Shown piece by piece: positions 36,903 to 46,870 of a stretch of 64,000 nucleotides of DNA. Each line of letters begins with the position of its first letter. Position 1 is the stretch's first letter. The notes under the pieces were generated by a model that did no database searches, was not told the DNA's origin, and saw only the letters and a list, made by a program, of their open reading frames with translations. A program made the position numbers and the translations under genes. The stretch is taken from IMG/VR virus record IMGVR_UViG_3300037010_001702, positions 62,001 through 126,000 of that record, one strand, 5' to 3'.

Positions 36903-36970
36903 AATGAGTACGCTAAACCACCTGACTAAACTACTAAGTACGCTAAACCACGCGTCGCTAATCGAGCTGC

Positions 36971-38560
36971 TTAAGCGCTCTTAACCTTAGAGCGCCAGTA
37001 TGATACTCCACCCTTATCAGTACCCGAGACGGCGTTTCCAACTCCATCGTGGTGAATAAGCCCGTACATGAACTCGCCCATGGTGAAATTTGGGTATTGG
37101 ACTGACCATGATGTCTGAGCGATCGTCTTGTTGGCGATCTTAGTCTTACCAGACGAAACGTAGTTCTGGTAGTACGGCTTAAATTCCAATTGAAAGAACT
37201 TGATCATTGCCCGAGTTGACTTTGCAGGGTCAATTCTATTTTCACACGTTGGTGAAAGGTTGAGCAGGCCAAAATACTTCACCGCGATAGCGTCAAGCAT
37301 CTGATAAAGTCCAGTAGCTGAAGATGTAGGATTCTTAGCAGCTGGGTCGAGACCACTTTCGATGGTAGCAACTGTCAAGATGAAGTTTGCTTCCTCAGGA
37401 GTTAATCCCTCGGCGGAACACTCGGCGAGAATTACGTCCTTTACTGTCTGCACGGGTGGGGGGTCACCAATAGCACATGCTGCTCTGTACTTGTTTTTGT
37501 TGTTAGCTGGAAGATCCGGTGTCTGTTCGTCTGATGGTGTCTTCGGTGGAAGATTAGTATCGGCTGGAAGAGTTTGAGGGCAGTCAGCGTTAGAGTTAAT
37601 AGCTTCATTCGAAGTCATTCCAACGTTTGTGCGCGTTACTGGAGTAGAAGGTCCTGAACCTCCACCGCTTCCGCCAGATGTTGCTAGCTCTGTTGAACCA
37701 TTCAGGTAAGGGGCTGGATCAACTGGATTGCCAAACTTTCCCTTGTGCATTTCAAAGTGAAGATGGGCTCCTGTACCTATGCCGACATTTCCTTCCTTCG
37801 CAATCTTCTGACCTGCAGCAACGTGTTGTCCTACGGCAACATAAGCTTCTGACCAGTGTCCATAAACGGTAGTGGCAACTAAACGGCCTTGCGCGTCGTT
37901 GTGTTCAATGAAGATTACATTACCCCAACCCGTACCAGGCCCACAGCGCACTACAGTACCGTCTCCAGCTGCTAGAATATTTCCAAGCGAGTGATCCTTT
38001 CTGGCAAAGTCCATTCCCTTGTGATTGGAAGTCGCGCCTGCTGCAGGCGGTCTGCGAGGACCAAAGTTGCACGTAACATGAGTGTCACCATCAAGAGGTA
38101 TTACGAACTTAACTATACCATCCTTGTCAGCAGACTTAGGATAGAAGTTGAACTCACGAGCATCAATAATCCCAGCTCCATCTGAAGCTGTGACCATCAC
38201 CCTGTAATTCTTATTCGCGTCAGCTTCAGCTATGGTGCAGTTGATTACGCCAGTAGCTGGATCAATCGAGAATCCTGGAATGCTGATTCCACTAATTGAC
38301 CATGTTGGCGTACGAGTTGACCCATCCGTTAGCTTGAACGTTTCATTGACGTGAAGCGCGAGGTCAGAAGTAAGAGAGGTATTCTCAATTCTATCGGGTG
38401 CTTTAACCGGATCAGCATCATCCATTAAGCCGGTAGGGTTTCCAGCTCTCCTCATATAGCAATCTATATTCTCGTGGAGTTGGATGTCGGTAGGCTGTCT
38501 AAACTCTGGAATGGGAGTCCATAAAGCGGCCTTTGCCGGTTGTACGCAGCCACAGCTCAT
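36971..38560 (-). CDS. Multidomain cell-wall hydrolase: Ig-like + M23 peptidase + transglycosylase/lysozyme-like
   Basis: HKGMD, YGH, HLHFE (M23); IESG..P.AKN..SSATGLYQ (SLT-like); FSIDPATGVI..VTASDG (Ig). Confidence 0.88.
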   Translation of the reverse strand: MSCGCVQPAKAALWTPIPEFRQPTDIQLHENIDCYMRRAGNPTGLMDDADPVKAPDRIENTSLTSDLALHVNETFKLTDGSTRTPTWSISGISIPGFSIDPATGVINCTIAEADANKNYRVMVTASDGAGIIDAREFNFYPKSADKDGIVKFVIPLDGDTHVTCNFGPRRPPAAGATSNHKGMDFARKDHSLGNILAAGDGTVVRCGPGTGWGNVIFIEHNDAQGRLVATTVYGHWSEAYVAVGQHVAAGQKIAKEGNVGIGTGAHLHFEMHKGKFGNPVDPAPYLNGSTELATSGGSGGGSGPSTPVTRTNVGMTSNEAINSNADCPQTLPADTNLPPKTPSDEQTPDLPANNKNKYRAACAIGDPPPVQTVKDVILAECSAEGLTPEEANFILTVATIESGLDPAAKNPTSSATGLYQMLDAIAVKYFGLLNLSPTCENRIDPAKSTRAMIKFFQLEFKPYYQNYVSSGKTKIANKTIAQTSWSVQYPNFTMGEFMYGLIHHDGVGNAVSGTDKGGVSYWRSKVKSA

Positions 38561-38949
38561 TTAACTTCTTTGCTGATGGCAGCCTTAGCCTCACCAGCTT
38601 GAGCGTCAATCGCGTCATTAGCCGCCTTGGTGTTTTCAGATTTAGCTTGTTCATCTAACTTGGATTGCTCATCATTGAAAAATGAAGCGATGCCAATGAT
38701 TTGATTTTCAAGAGCCTTTGTACGAATCTCAGTTGATATGATCCAGCGAGCAATGTCTGACTGCTTCGCGGTATCAACGTCAAGCTTCTTCTGCACTTCT
38801 GGAAGAGTCATTAGTTCCTTTGGAGGAATCTTTACAACATACTTCACGCTTTCAGCCACTTGCTGTTCTGGCTTTACGATGTCTGGGTTATTCCAGCTGC
38901 AGGCTGGAATAAGAACAGCTAGAGCGATAATGGTTAGGATGCGTTTCAT
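38557..38949 (-). CDS. Outer-membrane spanin lipoprotein (Rz1-like)
   Basis: MKR + hydrophobic + IPAC lipobox; IPPKELM.LP. Confidence 0.8.
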   Translation of the reverse strand: MKRILTIIALAVLIPACSWNNPDIVKPEQQVAESVKYVVKIPPKELMTLPEVQKKLDVDTAKQSDIARWIISTEIRTKALENQIIGIASFFNDEQSKLDEQAKSENTKAANDAIDAQAGEAKAAISKEVK

Positions 38950-39407
38950 TATTGTCTCCATTCATTCTGCACACCGCGGATAGTTTCACGAAGAACTGGG
39001 GCTACTGCGCCGTCATTCTTTGGATCCTTCAACATGTCATCAATCTTTCCATTAAGACTGGCGATTACCTTCTTGTCATTCTGGGAAGCTAGTGCAAGGT
39101 CGTTGATGACCTTTTGAGCTGCAGCTCTTTCTGAAAGAAGGGATTTTACCGTCCCAAGGTTTGTTTGATTTGCTTCTGAGAACTTCATAGCATTATCCTT
39201 CAAGACTATATTATTCTCCTGAAGGATTTTGTTGTTTGCTTCTAGAGTATTCTTCTGCTCCTCTAGCGTTGCTACTTGTGTTCTCAAGTGGTGAATGTAG
39301 TACAACGTACCACTTATCGCCACGGCAGCCAAGGCTATGACAACAGCTCCAATTATAAGTTTGGCTTGACCTAAAGGTCCTTCAGCAAGGCTGCTAATGA
39401 TTGACAT
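38949..39407 (-). CDS. Inner-membrane spanin (Rz-like)
   Basis: N-terminal TM, coiled coil, VAPVLR.T end; TAATG-coupled to the lipoprotein. Confidence 0.8.
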   Translation of the reverse strand: MSIISSLAEGPLGQAKLIIGAVVIALAAVAISGTLYYIHHLRTQVATLEEQKNTLEANNKILQENNIVLKDNAMKFSEANQTNLGTVKSLLSERAAAQKVINDLALASQNDKKVIASLNGKIDDMLKDPKNDGAVAPVLRETIRGVQNEWRQ

Positions 39408-39441
39408 ATTTTTCTCCGTTATGTTTTATTGCTGTCCGAAA

Positions 39442-39678
39442 TTAGACAACTGTGGATGCAAGACTTACGTATCCCTTTCTATTGGATGACCACGTGACTT
39501 GAACATTGTTTTCATCGATGTGCGTTACTGACAATGGGAATGCTTTTTGAAGATCTCCATTGTCATCATACACCTTAGCGTCGACAGCTGGGTAGTGCCC
39601 GAAGCCGTGGAAGATATTCCATACCTTGGCTTCAGAAACTTGGGTGTATGTAAAGAATTTGATACCACCTGTTGACAT
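39442..39678 (-). CDS. Small virion protein (W.I.H..G domain)
   Basis: YTQ......WNI.H.FG..P.V...P..V...D.N. Confidence 0.7.
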   Translation of the reverse strand: MSTGGIKFFTYTQVSEAKVWNIFHGFGHYPAVDAKVYDDNGDLQKAFPLSVTHIDENNVQVTWSSNRKGYVSLASTVV

Positions 39679-39689
39679 ATTTTTTCTCC

Positions 39690-39929
39690 TTAGGCAATAA
39701 CGATTGCTTCGCCACTTCTTGCCATCGAGAACTGCAAGATGACAGTATTTTTGTCAGCAATTGTAACGGAACCAGGAATGATCTTTGAAAGAACCCCATT
39801 GTCCATAATGAACGCATCCACGATTGGAATAGCTTGACTAGAAGCTCCGCCAAGGTTATGAGTAATAGTCCACGTAGCTGCTGCTACGGACTGAGTGTGT
39901 CGGTACACTGAAGGAATAACTTGTGCCAT
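39690..39929 (-). CDS. Small virion protein (W.I.H..G domain)
   Basis: HTQ......WTITHNLG...IP..V...D.N.V...F....G.A. Confidence 0.7.
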   Translation of the reverse strand: MAQVIPSVYRHTQSVAAATWTITHNLGGASSQAIPIVDAFIMDNGVLSKIIPGSVTIADKNTVILQFSMARSGEAIVIA

Positions 39930-39938
39930 ACTGGCTCC

Positions 39939-40557
39939 TTAGATTGTTTCAGCTGATCTTGCTCTTGCAAGTTTCATGCTGTTTGATATTTTTAATTTAG
40001 TTTCTTGAGTCATGGGTATCCTTTTCTTCGCTGTTTTAGCAGCGGCTTTTAAATTAGCAATATACTCTGGTGTTCTAGGTGGAAGTTTAATTCCAGTTAA
40101 TCGTGTCTTCATTGCTTCTATCTGCTCTTGTGTCCTTTTCAACCCCTTATTAGCTGCACTTATCTTTCGCTTTGACTCTTCTGTTAATTTCATACCAGTC
40201 CGAGCCTTGCACATCTTTGCTCTGGTTTCATCCTTAGTTACAGATCTATCTGTTGCTCCTAACCCCTGGTCCACAATTTAAGCAATTATTGTCAAGCATC
40301 ATTTCCTTTGTTATAAGGATCTTTTCAGCATCGGATGCTTCTTTTCTAGAAGCGTATTCATATAATATTTCTCTAACATGATTAGCATCACCATGCTTAT
40401 TTACTGATCTTCTCAGTCGTTTTCCACTGCCTAAATATCTATCACTTAAGTCATCGGTGCTATGAAGTCCAATATAGTATCTTCCAGTAACAATACAAGT
40501 AGTTTTATAAACTATGTGATGCTTTCTATTTGACGCTCTGACATATTTCTTTTCCAT
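39939..40557 (-). pseudogene. Frameshifted Seg-like GIY-YIG homing endonuclease with NUMOD3 repeats
   Basis: IVY.T......YYIG.H......YLGSG in 40246-40557; TEESKRKIS.A.KG repeats in 39939-40274; frames break at CCAGGGGTTAGG (about 40262-40268). Confidence 0.85.
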
Positions 40558-40614
40558 GTTAATGCTCTCATTGTTTGGATGAGAGCATTTATAGAAATTA
40601 GCAAAAATAGGACA

Positions 40615-41217
40615 TTATATAAGCTTCGCTTGACCAACTTGCGCATCAGCGAACGTAAGGGTAAGAACGTCAAGAGAGTCGAATGTAACTGTCTGAGGTT
40701 GAACTTCTTGATTACCAACGAAGACACGAACGATTGGATAGCGTCCAAGACCATGTGGAATAGTCCAAGTGGTAGAAGGATTTGTCTGGAAGAACTCGAA
40801 AGCGTAGGTTGGCTTTGTCTGTCCATCAAACGTACCTGTAAGAACAACAACCTTACCTTGAGCTGGTGTTCCAAAGTTAACAACAACCTGCGATGGATCT
40901 GTAACTGTAACTTCACCGGGGATGATAACTCTGTTAGAGGTATCGTACACAGTAACGCTTACTTGAGAAGTGTTAAGTGGGTGGTCAACAGTCCAGACAG
41001 AAGCGTCAGTTGCTTGAATGTACGTGTAGGCCGTAATTTCATTTGTGAGTGGAACCCAGTATGGGAGTCCGCCTGTAATTTCAACGCAGATGTAAAGAAT
41101 ACGATCTTTGAATACGATTTGCCCTACAACTGGGACTACAGGGAATGTTGTGTCCAAAGGAATAACAGCTTCCTTTAGAAAGTTCTGTTGAAGGTGAGCA
41201 TCACCAAAGAATTTCAT
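40615..41217 (-). CDS. Virion structural protein with two W.I.H.L domains
   Basis: Internal duplication; AATAAATA at 41258-41265 (-). Confidence 0.75.
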   Translation of the reverse strand: MKFFGDAHLQQNFLKEAVIPLDTTFPVVPVVGQIVFKDRILYICVEITGGLPYWVPLTNEITAYTYIQATDASVWTVDHPLNTSQVSVTVYDTSNRVIIPGEVTVTDPSQVVVNFGTPAQGKVVVLTGTFDGQTKPTYAFEFFQTNPSTTWTIPHGLGRYPIVRVFVGNQEVQPQTVTFDSLDVLTLTFADAQVGQAKLI

Positions 41218-41280
41218 AATTTACCTCTTGTCAAAATAGGTTAGAGTTTACCTGTGTTATTTATTGCAGTAGCGCAAACA

Positions 41281-41306
41281 AGAAAGGAGTCCGAAGACTC
41301 CTTTCT
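41281..41306 (-). terminator. Intrinsic terminator with UUCG loop
   Basis: AGAAAGGAGTC-TTCG-GACTCCTTTCT on the - strand. Confidence 0.8.
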
Positions 41307-41328
41307 ATCATTTTAACCGAGGTTAAAC

Positions 41329-43902
41329 TTAAGCAGCATTTACACCCATTACGATTACGAAGCAGTCGATAGCAGAAGTAAATGTAACAGTCAGCTGTGT
41401 ATCACTGTTGAAGGTGATAGACTGTGGAATAACAACTTCATCAGTTGAGTCTACAACTGTTACGTTGCAGTACTTCTGACCCAAGCTGTGGGTAACAACG
41501 TGGGAAGTTGCTGGACCACCTGATGTGTACAAGTAGTATGTAGGACGGTTAATGAACTTGCTAGAAGCTGCGCTGTAAACAAGAGTTTGACCAGCAGCAT
41601 CACCAGAGGTTGCAACGTCTGTAAGGCTATTAAGACCCTTAGCTACAAGAGATACAGCACCAGAGGTAACGTTGAAATCAGTAGCAGAGAAGCTTGCAAG
41701 ACCCTTAGAAGATGCGGTGGCATCAGCAACGTTGATCGTTACGGAACCAGCAGCAGATACGGTAGTAACTGGAGCTGAACCACCTACGAAGGAGATTGAT
41801 GTGCCAAGAGCAGCAACTTGAACACCACCGGTAGTACCTGAGTAACCGATTGTGCTGTTAGCAAGCTGACCATTGTCAACACCATTAGCCTTAATAGAAA
41901 CTACACCGGCAGTAACTGTGAAGTCACCAGAGTCGAAGCTAGAAACACCCTTAGAAGCAGTTGTAGCATCAGCAATTGTCAAGCTAACGGTTGAACCAGA
42001 GATTGATGATGAAAGACCCTTAACGGAATCACCAAGAATTGAAAGAGTACCACCAAGTGCAATAGAACCAGTATTACCACCATCAACGTCAAGAGTGATC
42101 GTTGAGTTAGCAAGCATTACATTAGCAACACCACCAGCAGGGATGTAAAGACCAGCAGCATCTTGAGTAAGACCACCAGCAGACTTCAAAAGAAGTGCAA
42201 GCTGAGAGTCAGTGTCAGTAGAACGAACACCTGGAGCACCTGCCAATTGCAAGATAAGAGCTGAGGTAGCTACGTTTGCAAGGTCGAGACCTACGTCACC
42301 AGTTGGAAGTTGAGCAATAGCTGCACCAAGGTTAACATTAAGAGTGTTAGCAACTTGCGAAAGACCTACACCAGCTGTAAGAACAGAAGAACCAGTGAAT
42401 TGGTTGAAGTGAACAGGGTCAGTACCAACGGTAGTTACTGCAAGGGTTTGAACCCAACCAGTATCAGCCTGTGTATTACCTTCTTGCACGAATACTGCAG
42501 AACCTTCGAACTCAGTTGCTGCATCCATGTCAGCTGCACGTGCCCAGCCAGTAGCTGAAACAATGTAGATACCGTTTTGGGACGTAGTAGTTTGGTTCTT
42601 AACAAGGATACGGTCACCAGCTACAAGAGCGATGCCGTCAACTGTTTGTTCACCACTAAGAGTCAAGTTACCAACAGAAGATGCCTTAACAGCAGTCTTC
42701 CATGTAAGACCAGATACAAGACCATCAACGTAGTTCTTGTTAGCTGCATCAGTACCAGCAGTTGGTGTTGGAAGGCCAGTTACTGTAGCACCGCTTGTCA
42801 TGGTAAGGTTACCAGTCATTGAATCACCAGCTACGTTAACGTAGGTGGAGTCTACAAGAGCTGTGATGTCACCAGTTACAACAGGAGAAGTACCAGTGAT
42901 ACGTCCATATGCATCTGAAGAGAACTTCAAGAATGAACCACCACCTGCATTAGCAACTGTAGCAAGGTCAACAGTTGGGGAAGCTGCAACGCCGTCACCG
43001 TTTGTAACAACGATGCGAGAAGCAGAACCAGAGATAAGAGAGATACCTGATGTGAATGTACCAGCACCAGTCTTAACTATGAAACCAGTTGAACCATCAG
43101 CAAGAGCTTCAAGTGCAGCAAGGTTGTGAGTAAGGTTGATTGTTGGAGCACCAGCAACGCCATTGCCGTTTGTAACTGTAACACCTGAAGAAGGACCAAC
43201 GATGGTACGATCTACGAATGTGTTTGGAGCAGTTTGAACGATGATACCGGTACCAGAACCATTTGCGGATGCTGCAAAGTTGGTCAAACCAGTGTTAAGA
43301 GGCTGCTTGTTGTCAAGCTGTCCTTGGATACCAGAAGTTACGCCAGAAGAGTAGTTCAATTCTGCTGTTGTAGCTGTGATGCCGTGAAGAGTGTTCAACT
43401 CAGCAGCAGTTGCTGTAACGTCAGTAATGTCAGAAGCTACGAAAGTTTCATTGTACCACTTACCAGTAGTTGTGTTCAACTTCAAGTATTGACCTTGAGA
43501 ATATGTACCCATTGAAACGTCGCCAAGTTCAGCAAGGGTGTCCTTACCGATAGCGTATGTTGCAAGAGCGTTGATTGCGTCAGTAATAGAAGCAGAACCA
43601 GCTATGATGGAGTTTGTGAACGCAGCGGAACCATTGAAGGTACCGTTGGCATTAACAGCTGTTCCAAGAGATGCTTCGACAGCGTCAACTTCAGCTTGAA
43701 GTGCTGAAGCATTACCGCCAGTAGCAAATGCAGTCCATGCTGTACCATCGTTGAAGTAGAACGTTGCAGTGGTTGTGTTGAAGACAACTCGGCCCTTTTG
43801 AGCAGAGTTAAATGTTGGAACTGCTGAAAGACGTTCGATATAAACGTTCTGCAACTCGCCTGTAGCATCTGTATTGAGAACAAGATTGCCATTTAATTTC
43901 AT
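41329..43902 (-). CDS. Long fibre / head-decoration protein
   Basis: G/S/T/A-rich; AELN repeats, DAANKNYVD, GDRILVKNQ..QNGIY, A....KG..SF repeats; TATAAATA at 43947-43954 (-). Confidence 0.8.
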   Translation of the reverse strand: MKLNGNLVLNTDATGELQNVYIERLSAVPTFNSAQKGRVVFNTTTATFYFNDGTAWTAFATGGNASALQAEVDAVEASLGTAVNANGTFNGSAAFTNSIIAGSASITDAINALATYAIGKDTLAELGDVSMGTYSQGQYLKLNTTTGKWYNETFVASDITDVTATAAELNTLHGITATTAELNYSSGVTSGIQGQLDNKQPLNTGLTNFAASANGSGTGIIVQTAPNTFVDRTIVGPSSGVTVTNGNGVAGAPTINLTHNLAALEALADGSTGFIVKTGAGTFTSGISLISGSASRIVVTNGDGVAASPTVDLATVANAGGGSFLKFSSDAYGRITGTSPVVTGDITALVDSTYVNVAGDSMTGNLTMTSGATVTGLPTPTAGTDAANKNYVDGLVSGLTWKTAVKASSVGNLTLSGEQTVDGIALVAGDRILVKNQTTTSQNGIYIVSATGWARAADMDAATEFEGSAVFVQEGNTQADTGWVQTLAVTTVGTDPVHFNQFTGSSVLTAGVGLSQVANTLNVNLGAAIAQLPTGDVGLDLANVATSALILQLAGAPGVRSTDTDSQLALLLKSAGGLTQDAAGLYIPAGGVANVMLANSTITLDVDGGNTGSIALGGTLSILGDSVKGLSSSISGSTVSLTIADATTASKGVSSFDSGDFTVTAGVVSIKANGVDNGQLANSTIGYSGTTGGVQVAALGTSISFVGGSAPVTTVSAAGSVTINVADATASSKGLASFSATDFNVTSGAVSLVAKGLNSLTDVATSGDAAGQTLVYSAASSKFINRPTYYLYTSGGPATSHVVTHSLGQKYCNVTVVDSTDEVVIPQSITFNSDTQLTVTFTSAIDCFVIVMGVNAA

Positions 43903-43949
43903 GTTAAATCTCCTTGAGAATTAGAATATATCTACCAGTCAGCTATTAT

Positions 43950-44180
43950 TTATACAATGCGACGACTTGCGGTTGTTAAAGCCTTAATTGCCGAATTGAA
44001 AGAAACCGGTTCAACTTTGAGATTACCCAGATCATAATCATTGACAATAGCTTCATCCACTTCATTGAAGAAGAAGATTCCCTTATTTCCAATCTTTTCG
44101 ATTGTGTCAAGACGATATCCAAGCACCTTCAGGGTAGCTGCAAGCACAATGTCTTGCGTTTCAATTGTTTTGTTTGCCAT
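43950..44180 (-). CDS. DUF5659-like small protein
   Basis: T.DI.LAA.L...GY.L.......F.F pattern; CATAAATA at 44225-44232 (-). Confidence 0.65.
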   Translation of the reverse strand: MANKTIETQDIVLAATLKVLGYRLDTIEKIGNKGIFFFNEVDEAIVNDYDLGNLKVEPVSFNSAIKALTTASRRIV

Positions 44181-44244
44181 TTTGTTTTATCCTATGGGTC
44201 TAAGTTTTTGATAGACGTACAGATTATTTATGGCAACAACTGAT

Positions 44245-45198
44245 TTAGAAGGCAAGAATCATCGCTTTACCGGATATGGGCATCAGGAACGATATGAGGA
44301 TAGTATTGCTATCTATGATCTTGATTTTTTCTGGAATGATGACTTCTTGATTAGTATCGTAGATGGTAGTGTTAATATTCACAGAATTAAGGTGATGAAC
44401 GACCGTCCAGATCGTATCGACAACAAGTTGAGTGTAAGCGTAACCTCTAACGGTTCCACCTGCGCCACCCATGTCTGCCTTAACATTGATTGCCTCAAGG
44501 GCTTGTTGGACGTTTACAGCCCCAGGAAGGGTTGTAATTGGGGTAATGTCGATATCACTAGCTGGATGTCTGAATGCCGTACCATTTTCGTGGGCGGTCA
44601 TCTCAGATCTTAGCTCGGCAATGTCAACTCCGTTGATGAGACCCCCAACGGTTAAATTTTGAGTAGCGAAAAGATTACCACTTGAATCTATTCTGAAGAC
44701 TGGTGCAGTGCCATATGTTCTACGAACTGAAACAAGATCAACAACCGGGATGACACCGAAGTCTGGCTCAATTTTTAGCGCAGTAGTTGTACCAAGCTTT
44801 GGCGAAATTTGCCAGTGATCACTGTCTTGAATAACAGTATCAATGGTGGATGACGTGCCTTGAACTTCCAGATCACCAGTGATAGTTACCTTCCCAGTTA
44901 GAGCATCAATTCTTAGAAAGTGCCCATCGTTTGCAATGTCTGAGATAACGAAGTCCTTACCTAAAGTAAGAAAGATCCCAGCTGTACCATTGCTTGGAGG
45001 TGTGTTGTTGTAAATTGCCTGGAGCGTAAGCGTAGAACCGCCGCCCGCAGATGACGACCCGTCATCAAAAAGCAACCCTCTACCACCTACAGTGAATGTG
45101 AGATTGCTCGTACCACCAGTATTGATGATCGCGCCATCTGGAAGCTGACTATAGATACCGTCGGTATCCAGGATTAGGGGCTTATTAGTGTCGCTCAT
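44245..45198 (-). CDS. Virion structural protein with C-terminal W.V.H.L domain
   Basis: Beta-rich fibre-like body, NVQQALE, shared terminal domain. Confidence 0.7.
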   Translation of the reverse strand: MSDTNKPLILDTDGIYSQLPDGAIINTGGTSNLTFTVGGRGLLFDDGSSSAGGGSTLTLQAIYNNTPPSNGTAGIFLTLGKDFVISDIANDGHFLRIDALTGKVTITGDLEVQGTSSTIDTVIQDSDHWQISPKLGTTTALKIEPDFGVIPVVDLVSVRRTYGTAPVFRIDSSGNLFATQNLTVGGLINGVDIAELRSEMTAHENGTAFRHPASDIDITPITTLPGAVNVQQALEAINVKADMGGAGGTVRGYAYTQLVVDTIWTVVHHLNSVNINTTIYDTNQEVIIPEKIKIIDSNTILISFLMPISGKAMILAF

Positions 45199-46193
45199 CT
45201 TAGTCTAATAGGAGATTGGAAGTTCAGGTAAATCGACGTAGCATCAGCGATGTGTCCCACGATATGAGCTACACCGACAGTTGGACATGTAAGTGAAATT
45301 TCGCCAGTCATGCCGCAGAAAATCGGCTTGTTAATTGAACTATCTTGCCAGCTCCACTGTTCATTGCGAACGTAACCGCTTGAGATGACTTGAGCCATTT
45401 CTTCTTGGTGATGATCGGCAATAACCATACCCCGAGCAAAATTCTGAGTGTCAAGGCTCGATGCAAGAGCGATTCTGTTCTGTGGGAGGAATTTCACCAG
45501 GTAGTATTTAGGAAGTTCTTCAGCTGCCATCGCGAACATCAGTGCCATGTCAAAGCGAACGTTCTGCCCACTCGTCTGGTAGATGATCAAGTCAGTTTCA
45601 GTTGTAACAAAGGTGCCATCTGACTGCTTGAGCGGCTTGTTGTTTGTACCAAGGATAATGTTACCAGTTGTGTAAACACCGGTATTGATGCCAACTTGAG
45701 AACCAAGAGCGTATGGAAGAATTGACCCAGAAGAATCATACGCCGCAGCGAATAGTCTTACCTTGTCGATCCAATATCCAGTAACACCATTAAACTTGTA
45801 AACACGCATTACATTTTGACTCAAATCAAACCAATGCATATCATCAACTGGGTTTAGCGGCTCATTGAAGGAGTTGATTGGAGGAACCAATGTCCATCCT
45901 CTCGTAAGAGACCCAGTACCAAGGTCAACATCCCAGAAAAGGTATTGCGTCTGTCCAGCTGCTGCAAGAGGTCCATTCATTGAACCAACACCACCTCCAC
46001 CCCAAGCGCCAACGATCGTTCTATCTTCATCAAAAGAATAGTTCGCCCCGTAGTGGGCGAACGAGATGATCGTTGATTCAGTTCCAATGTTCAAGTCGAT
46101 TGAAGTACCGGACAAACTGGTCTTTTGCAACCAGTCTGGACCAGTAAGAACTGTTGGGCGTCTGACGATGCCTTGTCTAAATGGAATCTGCAC
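45195..46193 (-). CDS. Virion structural protein, C-terminal capsid-cement (DUF2190)-like domain
   Basis: A.E.LP....V...IALAS...G.V...W......IF.G..G.I pattern. Confidence 0.6.
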   Translation of the reverse strand: MQIPFRQGIVRRPTVLTGPDWLQKTSLSGTSIDLNIGTESTIISFAHYGANYSFDEDRTIVGAWGGGGVGSMNGPLAAAGQTQYLFWDVDLGTGSLTRGWTLVPPINSFNEPLNPVDDMHWFDLSQNVMRVYKFNGVTGYWIDKVRLFAAAYDSSGSILPYALGSQVGINTGVYTTGNIILGTNNKPLKQSDGTFVTTETDLIIYQTSGQNVRFDMALMFAMAAEELPKYYLVKFLPQNRIALASSLDTQNFARGMVIADHHQEEMAQVISSGYVRNEQWSWQDSSINKPIFCGMTGEISLTCPTVGVAHIVGHIADATSIYLNFQSPIRLR

Positions 46194-46205
46194 GAACTGC
46201 CCCTA

Positions 46206-46805
46206 TTAGGAAACGGTGATTGTCAAGGTGTAAGTAATAACCAACTCTCTGTTAGCCGTCTTAAGGATAGGAGAGAAGATGATGTGCGAAAGAAGCTTAT
46301 CATCAAAGGTAAACAAACCAAGCTCATCAAAAGCATAGGTTGAATTTGGATTTGGATCACCTGGAGAGTCAGTCAAGTCCTGCCCGGAAGGTTCACCTGC
46401 TGCGATGGTGCACGTGCAGATTACAATCGTGGAAGTATCTGAAGGGCTTTCTTGGAAGTTGACGTAGTTTTCTGAAGGTGTGCCAGAAACTTGTTCGTCG
46501 ATAACTTCGAAGTAGGTAGTATTGTAAAGATCAGCCGTTGGGAGAGTAACGTTTGGCGGCTGATATGTAATCTGATTTTGGCTGTCGATGTTTGAACCAC
46601 CATTGCCAAACTTCATCTTATAAATTTGATTGAAGCCGATTCCAGTTGCTGAATCTCGAGACATGTTTGAAAGACCACGAGCAATCGCGATGGCCATATT
46701 CTTGTTGTGGATAGCGTTGTCCTTGTCAAGGAGAACCTCGCCGGTAGTCTTATCCTCAATGTGAACGTGTCCCTTGATCTTTGTTTTTAAAGTCGCTGAA
46801 GTCAT
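46206..46805 (-). CDS. Baseplate/tail structural protein
   Basis: NAIH..N....IA.GL; FDELGL....LLSHIIFSPI.K..NR; CATAAATA at 46852-46859 (-). Confidence 0.75.
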   Translation of the reverse strand: MTSATLKTKIKGHVHIEDKTTGEVLLDKDNAIHNKNMAIAIARGLSNMSRDSATGIGFNQIYKMKFGNGGSNIDSQNQITYQPPNVTLPTADLYNTTYFEVIDEQVSGTPSENYVNFQESPSDTSTIVICTCTIAAGEPSGQDLTDSPGDPNPNSTYAFDELGLFTFDDKLLSHIIFSPILKTANRELVITYTLTITVS

Positions 46806-46870
46806 TTTATCTCCGTTATCCTCTGTGTTCTGAAGGTTTCAACCAATAGAATATTTATGGTTTGTATGAA

